A DNA stretch of 64,000 nucleotides from Piromyces finnis finn (taxonomy: Eukaryota > Fungi > Neocallimastigomycota): contig MCFH01000002.1 in the NCBI GenBank assembly GCA_002104945.1, positions 124,001 to 188,000 on the forward strand, given 5' to 3'. Position 1 is the stretch's first letter. The number at the start of each line of letters is the position of its first letter. The position numbers and the translations under genes were made by a program. The notes beneath the pieces are model-generated. The model was not told the DNA's origin. It worked only from the letters and a program-made list of their open reading frames with translations, and searched no databases. Positions 45,978 through 58,428 of the stretch are shown piece after piece.

Positions 45978-46682
45978 TTACTTTTTTTGTTGTTGTTGTT
46001 GCATTTCTTGGTTTAATTGTGCATTTTGTTCTAATTTTTCCAAAAAATAGATATGAATATAATAATAAAATTAAAATTTATATTTATATATAATAATGGT
46101 TATATTTTAAGAATTAAATATCAATATAATTCTTCTTAAAAACATAACTAAATATTTTTTAATAATATTTATATTTTGAAAATATTTACCAGCAAATCTA
46201 GCACTAGCACGTTCAGATAATTTCATAAATTTTTCAACACAACGGTTAACACAGGCATTCTTTAATTTTAATTTAAAATAATAAAAATATTATTTAATCA
46301 ATGATTTTGAAATTTAACTTTTTTATAAAAAAAAAAAGTACTATTCAACATACTTCCTTTGAAGTGACAGTCTTAGTAGAGAAATCATTAACACAATTAT
46401 CGAAACATCTATCAACAAGATTGGAATACATTCTCATGAAATCTTTCATCTATTGTTAAAAAGAAAAAAGAAAAATTAAAAAAAATATTTATAACAATTA
46501 GAGATTTAAATAATAATTAATTAATATATATAACAACATTTCTCTATATATTTAAATCTTTTTATTTTTATTGTTACTATAATTTAAAAAAAAAATAATA
46601 GAATAAGAATAATTACTTGTTTTTCTTCAATTAAATGTTCCATTTGCTTACGATCGTAGTCATTTAAATTTGAGAAATCCAT
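45978..46682 (-). CDS. TIM9: Small Tim chaperone Tim9 (mitochondrial/hydrogenosomal intermembrane space import)
   Basis: Absent from the ORF track. Exons 46682-46617, 46449-46354, 46259-46190 and 46030-45978 (GT..AG, in frame) give 94 aa: [94 protein letters not shown]. Has twin CX3C and the Tim9 signature QMKDFMRxYSNLVxRCF. Confidence 0.92.
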
Positions 46683-47919
46683 GCTATATTAAATAAACAT
46701 TGATGTTATTTAAGTATTATTTTTTAACCATTATCATTGAATTATTTTATATAAAACAAAATTATTATTACACATTAAATGTAATAATAAATACGGATAT
46801 GAATAAAAAAAAATATATTATTTAAAAAATAAATAATAAATATAATTTGTAAGTAATACAATTTATTTAATAATTAATATATAAATATTTAAAATTGAAA
46901 ATATCAATGTTTCTCTATCGTTATATATTATTTTACTTGAAGTATAAATAATTCGATTTCAATATTTACTTGAAATTTTATCGTACGATTATATGAATAA
47001 AAATAATATTCAGAGCTGAAAAATAAAAAAAAAATTTTTTTTGAAAGGTTAAATTAATTAAATGAATGGAAACTATAATAAATATATAAATGAATTGCTA
47101 TTGAAATTATTTTAAAAACTTTTAAATAACTAATAAATAATAATAATAATAAAAGGCATATTTCAAGTACTCGATACTTTTTATTATATAAAAATTAATA
47201 TGGAAGCTATAGAATAAAAATAGAGTAAACCTAATATAAATAAAATATATTAATTAAAATATATTAATATATATAGTTAATATATTATAATATTATATTG
47301 ATATTAAAACTCTATGTTTACTATTAATTACATTGAAATTGTTACAAGATTGAAAAAAAAATATAAAAATAAAAGTGATTGGTTAAATTTACTTTTACAA
47401 AAATAATTATAGTAGACAATTTTAACAAAAAAATATATACAATAAAATAAATTTTTGTATGTTTTATTTTATTTATTATTTTTTATTTAAAAAAAAAAAA
47501 GGGAATTAAATTGTAAAAGAAATAATATATATATAAATATATATATATATTTTAAAAAAAAAATATATTGCTTAAAAAACATTAATTAACAAATTTACTT
47601 ATATTTATTACGCATGCATTGAGTTAAATATAAAAAAGACATACATATAATTTTTTTTACTTAAAACTTTGTTTTTATGCTGAATTATATCGTTTTTTGT
47701 AAACATTTGTTTTGGGTTTTGACTTTAAATAACAATTAAATTAAGTATATTAAAATAAATACTTAGCATTTTCTATTTAATAATGTATCGTGTTCATTTA
47801 TATAAAGATGACTTATTTATATATATATATCATTTGATTTCTAGAGTAATGCTATTTGATTAAATAAAATGAATAAATAGATTATATAGTTAATTATATA
47901 TTAATTTGACTAATGCTAT

Positions 47920-50900
47920 TTAAAAACTATTCATCATGTAAGAATTTTCATTTTGAATATTTTCCTTTAAAGCATGGCTATTATTTGTGGTATGATTGTT
48001 TGAGGAATTATTCTTTATCTTTAATTCATTCTTTAATATTGTATTTTCTAATTTTAATTCTTCAATTTCTTGTTGAGATTGATTCTTAAATTTTAAGAGT
48101 TCTTTTTTATCACTTAAAAGAATATCATTTTCTTTTTGTAAGGATAAAAGCTTAGAAATTAAATTATCAACTACAGTCTTAAATTGATTACATTGAGATT
48201 CTAACTCTAAGTAAGCTGGAGATTTTTCATATTCATTTAATTTATTTTCATTTATGGCTATATCCTTAGTATCCTCAGAATAAGACTTTTTATTAGATGA
48301 ATCTACTATATTTGAATCAGTTACAAGAGTTGATGGTGAGGATGAAATTTGTTCTTCTATGGTTCTATTAATTGATTCAGTAACAGAAGTAACTGCATTT
48401 GAAAATAGATTAACCAAGTCAGATTTTTTAGTTTCATCTTTTTTAATATTGTCTATTTCAATATTTTTCTTTTCCGATTCAATATTTTCTTCAGTTATAG
48501 TTTTACTAGTCAATGGTTGTTTAACCGTCTTTGTTGAAATGCTAGAATTTAATGGTTTAATCATTGGTTCCATTGAATCATTACCAATAATTTCATCATA
48601 AATTGAAGAAGCAGTACTCTTCTTTCGAGTAATTTCTGAAGAAAAAATTGCATTATTTACATCATTCATTATTCCTTGGAAAGCGAAACTTTCACTCTTA
48701 CTTCTTGTAGTTCTTCCATTCTCAATTACACTACGATTACTTCCAATAACACCACTACTAACGAAACTAGTATCACCTTTTTCATTAATAACAGATGATG
48801 ACATTGGTGGTGTAATTGCTTTAGATTGTAAATCTAATTCATTCAATGCATTTGATGCGGACATAATGTTATTGAAAGTATTTCCTTGAACCTTTGGATT
48901 ATATTCTGGTAAATTACTAGTTCCAATATCACTCATGGAAGATGTGGAAGCAGTTGACCAGATTGATGGACCGAAATTACCTGTATAAGTAGATTTATAT
49001 GTTGGTTGATTTAAGGAAAGAGATTTAATACTTCCAACTGGTGAATCATTATTAAGATAACCAGAAGCACCAATAGTTGGAGAATAGGATGGGGAAGATA
49101 TTGGTGATCCAATACTACTGCAAGTACTTGACTTACCACTACTTCCTAATGTTAAACTAAATAAACTATTCTGATCTTGACCCATAATATCATCATAGCG
49201 ACCAGTGAAAAGAACACTCTTCTCATTAACTTTATTATTATTGTTATTAGAACCAAGTAATTGGCTTGAATTGTTTTGTATATAATTATTTTGACTCATT
49301 ACAGCATTATTATAATTTCCAGTAACATCATTAAATAGCATAGTATTTATTTTAGCCGTTGGTGAATTATTAATGTCGATCCCTTTAATGATTTGAGAGG
49401 AAGTAACAGGAAGTGACATAGCTTCCTTACTTTTCATTGGTAATGTAGTAGTCATTGATGGTAAAATAGCCGATGGAGTTGTGGAAGATGGATTAACTTT
49501 ACTATTTATATTAATACTTGGTATTCTTTGGAATACAGGAACATTATTTCTTTGATTTTTTAATCCATTTTTAATGTTTTGATAATTTGGAACATTTTGA
49601 AAATTGTGAATATTTGGTAGATTTGGTACATTACCATTGTTTGGGAAACTTACGGAATTTAATAATCCCATACCATTTATATTATTATTACTTTGTTGAT
49701 TACTTGCAGTAACAGGAACAGTTGCGCTTGCACTTGGTGAAGTTAATGGACTAGAAGATGTATTATTCATATTGTTATACTTACTATTAGATTTTTTCAA
49801 ATAAGTCAAAGTAAAATTAGTGGTTTTATTCATATCTTCTAAAGCAACCTTTGCAGTATTAACATCTTGGAAATAAACGATACTATAATTTTTAGAAAAC
49901 TTAAGATCAACAAAACCTGGATAACTATTAAACATTTCAGCAAGTTCACTTTCAGTTGTAGAATTTGGATAGTCAGCAGCGCGAATAATGTTATTTGGTA
50001 TACCAATAGCTGAAGCTGAGACAACATATGGGACATAATCAGCTTTTGCATAACTTACTTTTAATTTAGTTTTGAAAAGTAATTCTTCAGAAGCGTTAGA
50101 TGCAGCTTCAGCATCAGTAAATATAACAAAACAATAATCTTGATAAAAAGCAACCTTCTTAAAGCCCGGGAATGAAGCAAAAATACTTCTAAGTTGATTC
50201 TTTGTCTTATTGAAATTTGTCACATGCAAAGTGCGTTTTGGTTGAGATGTATTATGTGACATACTATTTGAACGACCATTATGGTTAGAATTAGCGTAAT
50301 AAGATGAGTTATTTGATGCGTTTGATGAATAACTACCTCGTCTTTCAAAAAATTTATTTGGTTGGAAATCAATATTTGGTTTTTCTGGTATTTCATCATC
50401 GAAATTTGTTGGGGATTGAGTTGTGCTAGATTGACCGCCATCTGAATCACTATTATAATTACTTGTTAAAGTATACATTCCAGAAGTAGCTGCATTATTT
50501 ATCATTGTAAATGTATTATTAGAAGTAGCTGTACTAGAAGGATTAATATTTGGGGAACCACTTACAGAATGTCTACCATTCAATAAAGTACTTGTATTGC
50601 TTGCTTGAACTTTTTTAGTACCTTTAGTTGAATAATTAGCAAATAAATTTGTTGTAGCATTCAAATCTTCTAATACTCTCTTTGCACATTCAACATCACG
50701 ATAACGAACTAAACAATGACTAGAAAAAAATCTAGCACTGTCAAAACCTTCATATGATTTAAATATTTTTAATAATTCTTGTTCAGTAAAATGAGGAAAT
50801 ATTGAAATCATATGAGAACAGCGAATGTATAAAATTGGATTTGGTTGAACTGAAATTGATGGTGAGTTAATTGGTGTAGCTCCAAACTTTGCATATGAAG

Positions 50901-51102
50901 CTAACATATCTGTGGTATTATGGATGATTTCAATAGCTTTTCCAGCATATTGGACTTCGGTAAAACTTACAAATATATAGTCAGAATGAAAACATATTCT
51001 TACAAAGCCTTCAAACTTTGAAAACATCGACTTTAAGTCGGCTCTATCTAAACTTTGTGGAATTCCAGTAACATGGATTGTAGTTTTTGGTGCGTTTTTC
51101 AT
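47920..51102 (-). CDS. RNA-binding protein with four RRM-like domains, Ser/Asn-rich low-complexity region and C-terminal coiled coil
   Basis: Intronless 1060-aa ORF. Repeated RRM-like units (TTIHVTGIP..GFVRICF..YIFVSF; RTLHVTNF..GFKKVAF..YCFVIF) resemble the Whi3/Scw1-type RRM. Heptad-rich segment near the C-terminus. Confidence 0.8.
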   Translation of the reverse strand: MKNAPKTTIHVTGIPQSLDRADLKSMFSKFEGFVRICFHSDYIFVSFTEVQYAGKAIEIIHNTTDMLASYAKFGATPINSPSISVQPNPILYIRCSHMISIFPHFTEQELLKIFKSYEGFDSARFFSSHCLVRYRDVECAKRVLEDLNATTNLFANYSTKGTKKVQASNTSTLLNGRHSVSGSPNINPSSTATSNNTFTMINNAATSGMYTLTSNYNSDSDGGQSSTTQSPTNFDDEIPEKPNIDFQPNKFFERRGSYSSNASNNSSYYANSNHNGRSNSMSHNTSQPKRTLHVTNFNKTKNQLRSIFASFPGFKKVAFYQDYCFVIFTDAEAASNASEELLFKTKLKVSYAKADYVPYVVSASAIGIPNNIIRAADYPNSTTESELAEMFNSYPGFVDLKFSKNYSIVYFQDVNTAKVALEDMNKTTNFTLTYLKKSNSKYNNMNNTSSSPLTSPSASATVPVTASNQQSNNNINGMGLLNSVSFPNNGNVPNLPNIHNFQNVPNYQNIKNGLKNQRNNVPVFQRIPSININSKVNPSSTTPSAILPSMTTTLPMKSKEAMSLPVTSSQIIKGIDINNSPTAKINTMLFNDVTGNYNNAVMSQNNYIQNNSSQLLGSNNNNNKVNEKSVLFTGRYDDIMGQDQNSLFSLTLGSSGKSSTCSSIGSPISSPSYSPTIGASGYLNNDSPVGSIKSLSLNQPTYKSTYTGNFGPSIWSTASTSSMSDIGTSNLPEYNPKVQGNTFNNIMSASNALNELDLQSKAITPPMSSSVINEKGDTSFVSSGVIGSNRSVIENGRTTRSKSESFAFQGIMNDVNNAIFSSEITRKKSTASSIYDEIIGNDSMEPMIKPLNSSISTKTVKQPLTSKTITEENIESEKKNIEIDNIKKDETKKSDLVNLFSNAVTSVTESINRTIEEQISSSPSTLVTDSNIVDSSNKKSYSEDTKDIAINENKLNEYEKSPAYLELESQCNQFKTVVDNLISKLLSLQKENDILLSDKKELLKFKNQSQQEIEELKLENTILKNELKIKNNSSNNHTTNNSHALKENIQNENSYMMNSF

Positions 51103-53110
51103 GGTAATAATTTAATACCTATATTAAAAAATTTTTATTTGAATAAAAATTATTCTATTTTTTATTTTATTTTCTATTGAGAAAATATTTTTATGAATAA
51201 TACTTTAAATTGGAAAATTATTGAATGCAAAAAATAACAAAATATTTTTTACAATAAATTTTTAATCTTAAATTATTTAATTAGTATAGTTATTGTTTAT
51301 ATTATCTTCTTTTAAGAAGAAAACTTAAAATTTTAATTATTTAGAGGAGTTTATATTACTCAAAAATATATTAAATTATTTTTCTTTATTTTATATTTAT
51401 ACAAAATGTATCTTTCACTTTAAAGATAATGGTTTAAATTATCAACTAAAATTATATTCAAATTTAAATGAAAATAAATTTAGTAATTCTTGATATCAAT
51501 AATAATGAATATCGTAGTATTATCTTTGAAGTAAGAATTTTGTATTTAAATATTCTATTCTTTTTTATTACTATTAAAAATATAATATTGTATTCCTAAA
51601 AAATTATTCTTTCAGTAAAAATTAAATTATAAATTTTCACTGTATACAAGTTTTAACATGTATATATTTTGTATATTGATTAATAATTTTTAGGTGCTCA
51701 ATTATTAAAATAACCTTTGCATTTTAAAATGTCTATTTTAAAATCTATTTATTAATAGCATGTATATAACTATTAAAAATCGCCTGGATTAACTATTATT
51801 GTTTTTAATATGTTGAAATTTCTAAATTTATTTAATTGAAATTATCGTAATGTTAATAGATTAATTTTTTACTAACAATATGATATTAAAAGCAATCTTC
51901 AATAAATTAGTTAATTCACTTTTTGTTCTTTTTAAAATTTATTCTTTAATGTTATATATGGCTATTTTTCTAATTTGAATATGTTATTTTAATCTTTTTT
52001 TCCTTTAAATTATATTTTTTTATTTTTTTAATATATTTTTATTTGTTTTATATTTTAGTCTTTATTATTATTCTTAATGAATTTGGATTATTTAAAATTG
52101 AATTTTTTAATTTTAATTTTTTGACAATAAAATTGTTTATTGGTATGTTTAAATTTTGTTTTATATTCTTATTTATTTATTTATTTATTTTCATTTATTT
52201 TATTTTTGTTTTTTACTTTTCAAAAGTCAACTTATTTTGTTGAACTTTTTTTATATATTATATCTCCTCTTCTAAAGATTAGATTAAATTAATCTTTATT
52301 TATTTTCTTTTAAGAAAAAAAAAAAGATTTTTTTTTTGGATTTTATTACTAAAAAAAAAAACATTTTACTTGTGTATATTTTTATTATAAACTATGATTT
52401 ATTTAGATAAAATAATTAATTATATTAATAGATTATTATGAAATATAATATAAGATTAATATATTAATAATATATTATTAATATATTAATATTAATTAAA
52501 TACTTAAATAGTAAGTATGACATTACTATTTTACATATTCATTTTTATTTGTTAGCTTTTTAATATTTAGTTAAATATTAAATAATATATACTAATCATA
52601 TATTAAAAGTCAATAATAATATTGAATGTAATGAATATAATACTTTATATTTAATATAAATTAAAGTTACTTTTCAATATATAATCATCATATTAAATTA
52701 TTTGTTATTGTTTTTAATTTAATTATATATATTAGTATATATATCAATAAAATGTAATACGAATGTAATTCTAAAATATATTATTTATATATGCTATTTA
52801 ATAAAATGTATTTTAATATTCTATTTTCATATATACTATCAAATAAAAAATGAACATAAACTTTATTTATTAGTATTTAATAATATTAATAATTTGAATT
52901 TAAAAAAAAAAAAAAAAAAGATTATCCAATAACCTAAGCAAACTTTTCTAAATATTTATATAAAATTTTACTGTATCTATTTGATAAAATTAATCCTAAT
53001 ACATAACTGTATTATGTTTATTATTATGATGCAATAAGATAATATGTAATAGCAATAAGCATCTACAAATTGATGCATAATACATCATAGTATATACCTT
53101 CAATAAAATA

Positions 53111-53657
53111 TCGTTCCAGTTTTTATCCTGGTTGTTAAGGCGTTTCCTTAGCATACATAAGGCTTCTGGTTCGACCCCGCAGATGTCAGTGCCTGTGGAT
53201 TTTCCCACTGGGTTTGCCATGGGTTGGGTTATGATATTCAGGTAAGTATAAATGAACTTTCTAATTTACTACTATGATAATAACACTCGTCTAGCCGGCC
53301 TGAGAGGGTCTAGTGTACATGGTACATTCCAAATTAGAACTTAATAAGTGGTGACTTAGGCTATGCCAAAAACACATAATATTCCTTAATCAATTTAAGT
53401 GTAAACATTAGGGGGCGGTTGACACGTGATCAAATTGACTATAAGAGGCTTAGCATTGTAGTTGTGAAATATCGTACAACGACATGCATCTAATGTACAT
53501 GGATTAAGTGAGCGTCGAAGCTGAAGAAACAGTATGACAGACCAGGAGGGTCACAACCACCTAGCAATAGGAATGAGCCAACGTTTCTCTAAGAACCACC
53601 ATTGGAGCTAACTCTGATCGATGGGAGAAATGCACTCGGAAGTTAAAAAAAAAAAAA
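53111..53657 (+). mobile_element. Young full-length tRNA-Ala-derived SINE-like element with poly(A) tail and 12-bp TSD
   Basis: Head with TTAGCAT loop (AGC at 53150-53152), B box GGTTCGACCCC (53168-53178) and tRNA-like spacing ending at 53188; ~455-bp body; A13 tail at 53645-53657. Perfect direct repeat TTCAATAAAATA at 53099-53110 and 53658-53669. Confidence 0.88.
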
Positions 53658-54790
53658 TTCAATAAAATAAATGCATAGTATATAGTTCTTAAAAAAACTA
53701 AAAATACTAAGATATTAATTATGGATTTTGAAATTAATAAATTTTATAATACAAGACATCATAAATACAAATAATAAAAGTTTTCATAATATTTTCTAGA
53801 TATTAAATTTATTATATAAATTACATTGGAAACAAATTGAAAGCAAAAATATTAATACTACAAAAAAAAGTTTTTGGTAGAAAATGTGGCTATAACTTTT
53901 CTTTTTTTATATACAAAATACAAAGCCTAATGTTTTCAAAATAGCAGACAACATAGAGTTGTTATTATTAACATTATTAACAATAATTATTATTACATTA
54001 TATTATACATTATATTTATATAAATATAATATAATAAAGAAAAAAGTAATAATAATTTAATAATAATAAGCCTGTAATAGTTAATATCTATAAAATAATT
54101 GTTTGGCTTATAAATAATATATTAACAACTAAAAAATTCATTATTAAATAGTTACACTTTTAAAAAAAAAATTCCTATAATAGTTAACTAAATGTAACAC
54201 AAACATATTAAAAAAATTAATTTATAGTATTAGAAAAAAAAATAGAAACAAATTTATGCCATAATTGTAATTGTGAAAATTTTTACATAGATCAACTTTT
54301 TAAATAATTCATACCATATAAATAATAAATATAAATTTATTTTTTTTTAATAGTTTATAATAATAATAGAATTAATTATCACATTTTGTCATGTTTAAAT
54401 TAAAAAAAAATTAATATTCTATACATACATATAATATAATAAAATATGTATAGAAAATAGTGATTTTTCCTATTTAGCATATAATATAAAATAAGTTATA
54501 CTGTATCTACGTATCTACTACAATAAAAAAATGTTTTTTTAAGATTGCATTTTATAATAATTTTAAATATATGGTTTAAACATTATTTATTTTATTTACA
54601 AGCTGATAATATATAGAATTTGATGATGAATAATGATTATATAACATATTTAATCAATGAAATAAGATACATTATTGAATTAAATTAAATTTTTTCACTT
54701 TACATATAAAGAAATTAATTTTCATTTTCATTTTTAAATTAAAAAAAAAAGGATTTTTTTTAAAGTATAATTTAATTCTATATAGGGCAA

Positions 54791-55333
54791 TTATAAAAAG
54801 AGACCATTATCTTCATTATCAATCTTATTTTCAGTTTTAATGGTATCCTTTTCGGTTAATTTATATTCATTTACTTCTTCAGAAGAATTATTAAATGTAA
54901 CTGGGATTGATTCTATAGAAGAGACTTCTTGAGTTGTTAATTTTAATGATTCAATATTTTTACTTAATTCATCTTCCGATACAGAATTTCCTTTACTTAA
55001 ATCAATGTTGCTGCCTGCTAATTGTTTTAAGCATGAAGATTGAGAAATGGCATCGAGTCTTTTTCTTATATTTTCTACGATTTTTTCATATTTAATAATT
55101 ACTTCTTCATTTTCTTTAATAGCTAAAATAAAATCAGGATCAGAATCGCCTTGTTCTCTAAGAATTTCATTTGAATTAGTTAAAAGTCTAATAGAATTTT
55201 CCAAACGAACTATTTCTTCTGTAAAATATATTTTTTCATCTTCTAAAGTTGCATTTAATAAGACTGGTGGTGCTTCTGAATTATTTGTATTAATTTGAGA
55301 AGTAGTAGTTGTTGAAGAAGGTGTTGTTTCCAT
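54791..55333 (-). CDS. TMA17: Tma17/Adc17-like protein (putative proteasome regulatory-particle assembly chaperone)
   Basis: 180-aa ORF. EI.RLENSI..L..SN..L...D.D...AIKENE.VI..Y and the terminal NGLFL resemble yeast Tma17 (EIENSINHLQRSN..ENEIVL..NSIFI) as recalled, not searched. Confidence 0.62.
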   Translation of the reverse strand: METTPSSTTTTSQINTNNSEAPPVLLNATLEDEKIYFTEEIVRLENSIRLLTNSNEILREQGDSDPDFILAIKENEEVIIKYEKIVENIRKRLDAISQSSCLKQLAGSNIDLSKGNSVSEDELSKNIESLKLTTQEVSSIESIPVTFNNSSEEVNEYKLTEKDTIKTENKIDNEDNGLFL

Positions 55334-56725
55334 TTTTAAAATTAAATTGGATTATATTTTCTTTTAATATTTATAAAATAATTTAAATGATATTTCAATA
55401 CACCAATTTACAATTTATTTATGAATATATTAAAAATTGATGAAAAAAAAAAAAAAAACATCAATTTAAATTTGAAATTGATTATTCATTTACAATTTTT
55501 TTATTTATTTTTATTTTTTTATAAAATATATTTTTTAATTAATTTCTCAAATAATAAATTAAAAGTATATAACCTAACCTTAAATATATATTTATAATAA
55601 AATTAAAAAAAAAACTAACGTCAAAAAACGACAAATTTTTATTTTAAATAAACAAATAATGAATAATAGATATATTTAATAAATGTATATTCTAATTTTT
55701 TTAGAAATGTGATATTCAAATTATTTATATTAATAATCACTATTACTAATATTTTGTAATTATATATTTATGATATTTATTATTTTTTCAATAACAATTT
55801 GGTAGAGTTGATAAACAAAAAGAATTCAGTAATTCCTAAAAAGTATTTCAACTCAATTTATACTATGTAAATATTTTTTTTTAAAATTATAATTTTATTG
55901 TATTATAAATTATATCGAAACTTTTTTTTTTTTTCTTTACAATTTGAATTAAAACATTTTATTAATAGGTTATATAATAGATTATATAAATACTATTTAA
56001 TATTTTATATACTATAATTTATTGTTATTTAAAGCTATTTCAGTTGTTTTTAAGTAAGAAACAAAAAAAAAAAAAAATAATCATTTTTTTATGTTAATCT
56101 ATGAAGAGAATAAATTTATTATTAAAAAAGAAAAGAAAAAAAAAAAGTTATAATAGAATATTATAGGATTTAATAATAATGATAAAGTTAAAACATTTAT
56201 ATAATACAAATTATTATTACTATTTGTAATATCATCAAAAAAAAAAAAAAAAATAAATATAAAATATAATATATAATATCAATTGACTTGAATACACAAA
56301 ATTATTTGTAGTTTTATTTAGTAAATTTTTTTTTTTTTTTATTTTTATATTATTTTATTTATTATATTATATTTTATTAAAAGAAAATGTTTATTGCTTA
56401 CTGGTATGATAAAAATATTTATATTTGTGATTTTTATTTATTTATTTATTTTTTTTTAATAAAATTATTATAAAATTTTATAATTGTGTTTTATTATTTT
56501 CTTTTTTTTTTTTTTTTTTTTATTAATTATGTTATTTTTAAAATTAAATGAAAAAGTATTTAAAATTTTTAAAATAACTTGACTGCAATTTTATATGATC
56601 AAATTTATTTCATGTTAAATGTTATTTTGATTGTAATTATTAAAAAATTATCAATAAGAAAGTTTTTTTTTTTATATTTTATGCATTTCAGATTGTCATA
56701 AATTTTATTGCTGTTAATTATTAAC

Positions 56726-58428
56726 TTAATTTTCTTCATTATTGTTTATAACATCTTTTTCTTCTTCCAATCTAAGAATTTAAATGATAAAAAATAAAAT
56801 AATAATAATTGAAAATATCAAAAATATATTCATTAATATTACAATAATATTCCATCTTTATTTTTTTATATTATATTATTATGAAATACTTACAAAGCAT
56901 CAATTTCTTTTGAAGAATAAGAATTAAGTTTTATTTGATTATTTTTCTTTGTAAGAGTAGCAAATTCCACTTTATAATTTAATAATAATAATAAAATTAT
57001 TAAGATTATATAATATAATAGTTATTTGATATAAACATAAAAATATTACATTTTTCTCCTCCTAAAGTAGTACTATCCATAGTTTTACTTAAAACCTTAA
57101 TGGCTAATGACTTAGCTTCTTTTAAGGTCATGTCTTCTTTATATTCTTGCTTTAATATACTGTGAGCATTTGGACTGTTGGCACCAATACAATTAGCTTT
57201 CCATCCAGAGTAGTTACCAGATGGATCAGAATGGTAGAGTTGAAAACCGAATTTTTCATCATAACCAGCATAAATGAAAGAAACACCAAATGGACGAAGA
57301 CCTATTTAATTATGTTAAAATAACTATATTAATTTATGAAACTTTTAAAAACATAGATATTACATAGTTATAAGGTATAATAACTTATAATAATATAACT
57401 ACAATAATATAGCTATTATTATTTAATATACCTCCATGTTGTGTATAATCTTGCTTGACATCACAAATTCTTTGTACAAATACTTCTACAGGAATATTTT
57501 CTAAATATGTTTTTCGATAAGATAATGCAACTCTTCTTGCGTAATCTACTAAAATGTTAGCATCAGAAGTAATACCAGCAACAGCACAAGCAATGTTTCT
57601 TGATTATTATAAGTATTGATAATAAATAAAATTTAGTATTTGGAACTAAATTTGCAAATTTTTCTTTTTCTTAATTTAAATTAAAATATGATCTCGTTCT
57701 AAAAATATGTTATATCATTATTTTCCTCTATTAATTTTAAATAAGTTTCTTATATCTTTCTTCATTTGATCATGAGTAATAAATATAATAAATAAAATAT
57801 CTCATATATTTTTATATATCTTATTCCTATTAAAAAAAACATAATTATTATATAAATTATGTTTTGATATGTTATATAAATGATTTCTTTTCCTTTTTTC
57901 ATTTCACTTTTTAATGTTGAAAATTTATAAAGTTTCTTTCCTTCAATTAAATTGATTCGAATTAATGCATAATTAATTAATGCAACATAAACCAATTAAA
58001 TAAAAATTTCAAATAACTATTAAAATCTTACTCATTTAAAGGATAAATTTTTTCATTAGAAGACATGCTTTCTAATAATTTGGAAGTAACCTTCTTTTCA
58101 GCAGCAAGAACAATACCTTCCTTAGTAAGAATACCTAAGGCGGTACCAGCATGGGAAATAGCTTCCATAGCATATTCGACTTGATGTAAACGACCTATTA
58201 CAATTGAGTTATAGATTATCATCAATATTTTTACCATTATTGTTTTCGTTGTTGTTGTTTTATTATACATTTTTCATTTATTGTTATTATATAAGTAGGA
58301 ATTAATAAAAATAGATATTTTTAAAAATTAAATTATTATTTATTAAGAAAAATATGTAGTTATAATTTAATATATTACATACCTGCTGGTGAGAAAATAG
58401 TTGTTCTGGAATCGTATCTTCTAGCCAT
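56726..58428 (-). CDS. PRE9: 20S proteasome subunit alpha type-4 (alpha3)
   Basis: Six in-frame exons: 58428-58383, 58194-58032, 57598-57432, 57301-57050, 56969-56894, 56771-56726 (249 aa). [57 protein letters not shown]. Confidence 0.95.

Noticed and set aside
53117-53188. Functional tRNA-Ala(AGC) gene
   Set aside because: The acceptor and anticodon stems do not pair, and the segment is fused to a repeated body with a tail and TSD.
29031-53644. The inverted 534-bp pair as terminal inverted repeats of a 24-kb DNA transposon
   Set aside because: Each copy has its own A tail and its own different 12-bp TSD, so they are independent retroposition events; no transposase lies between them.
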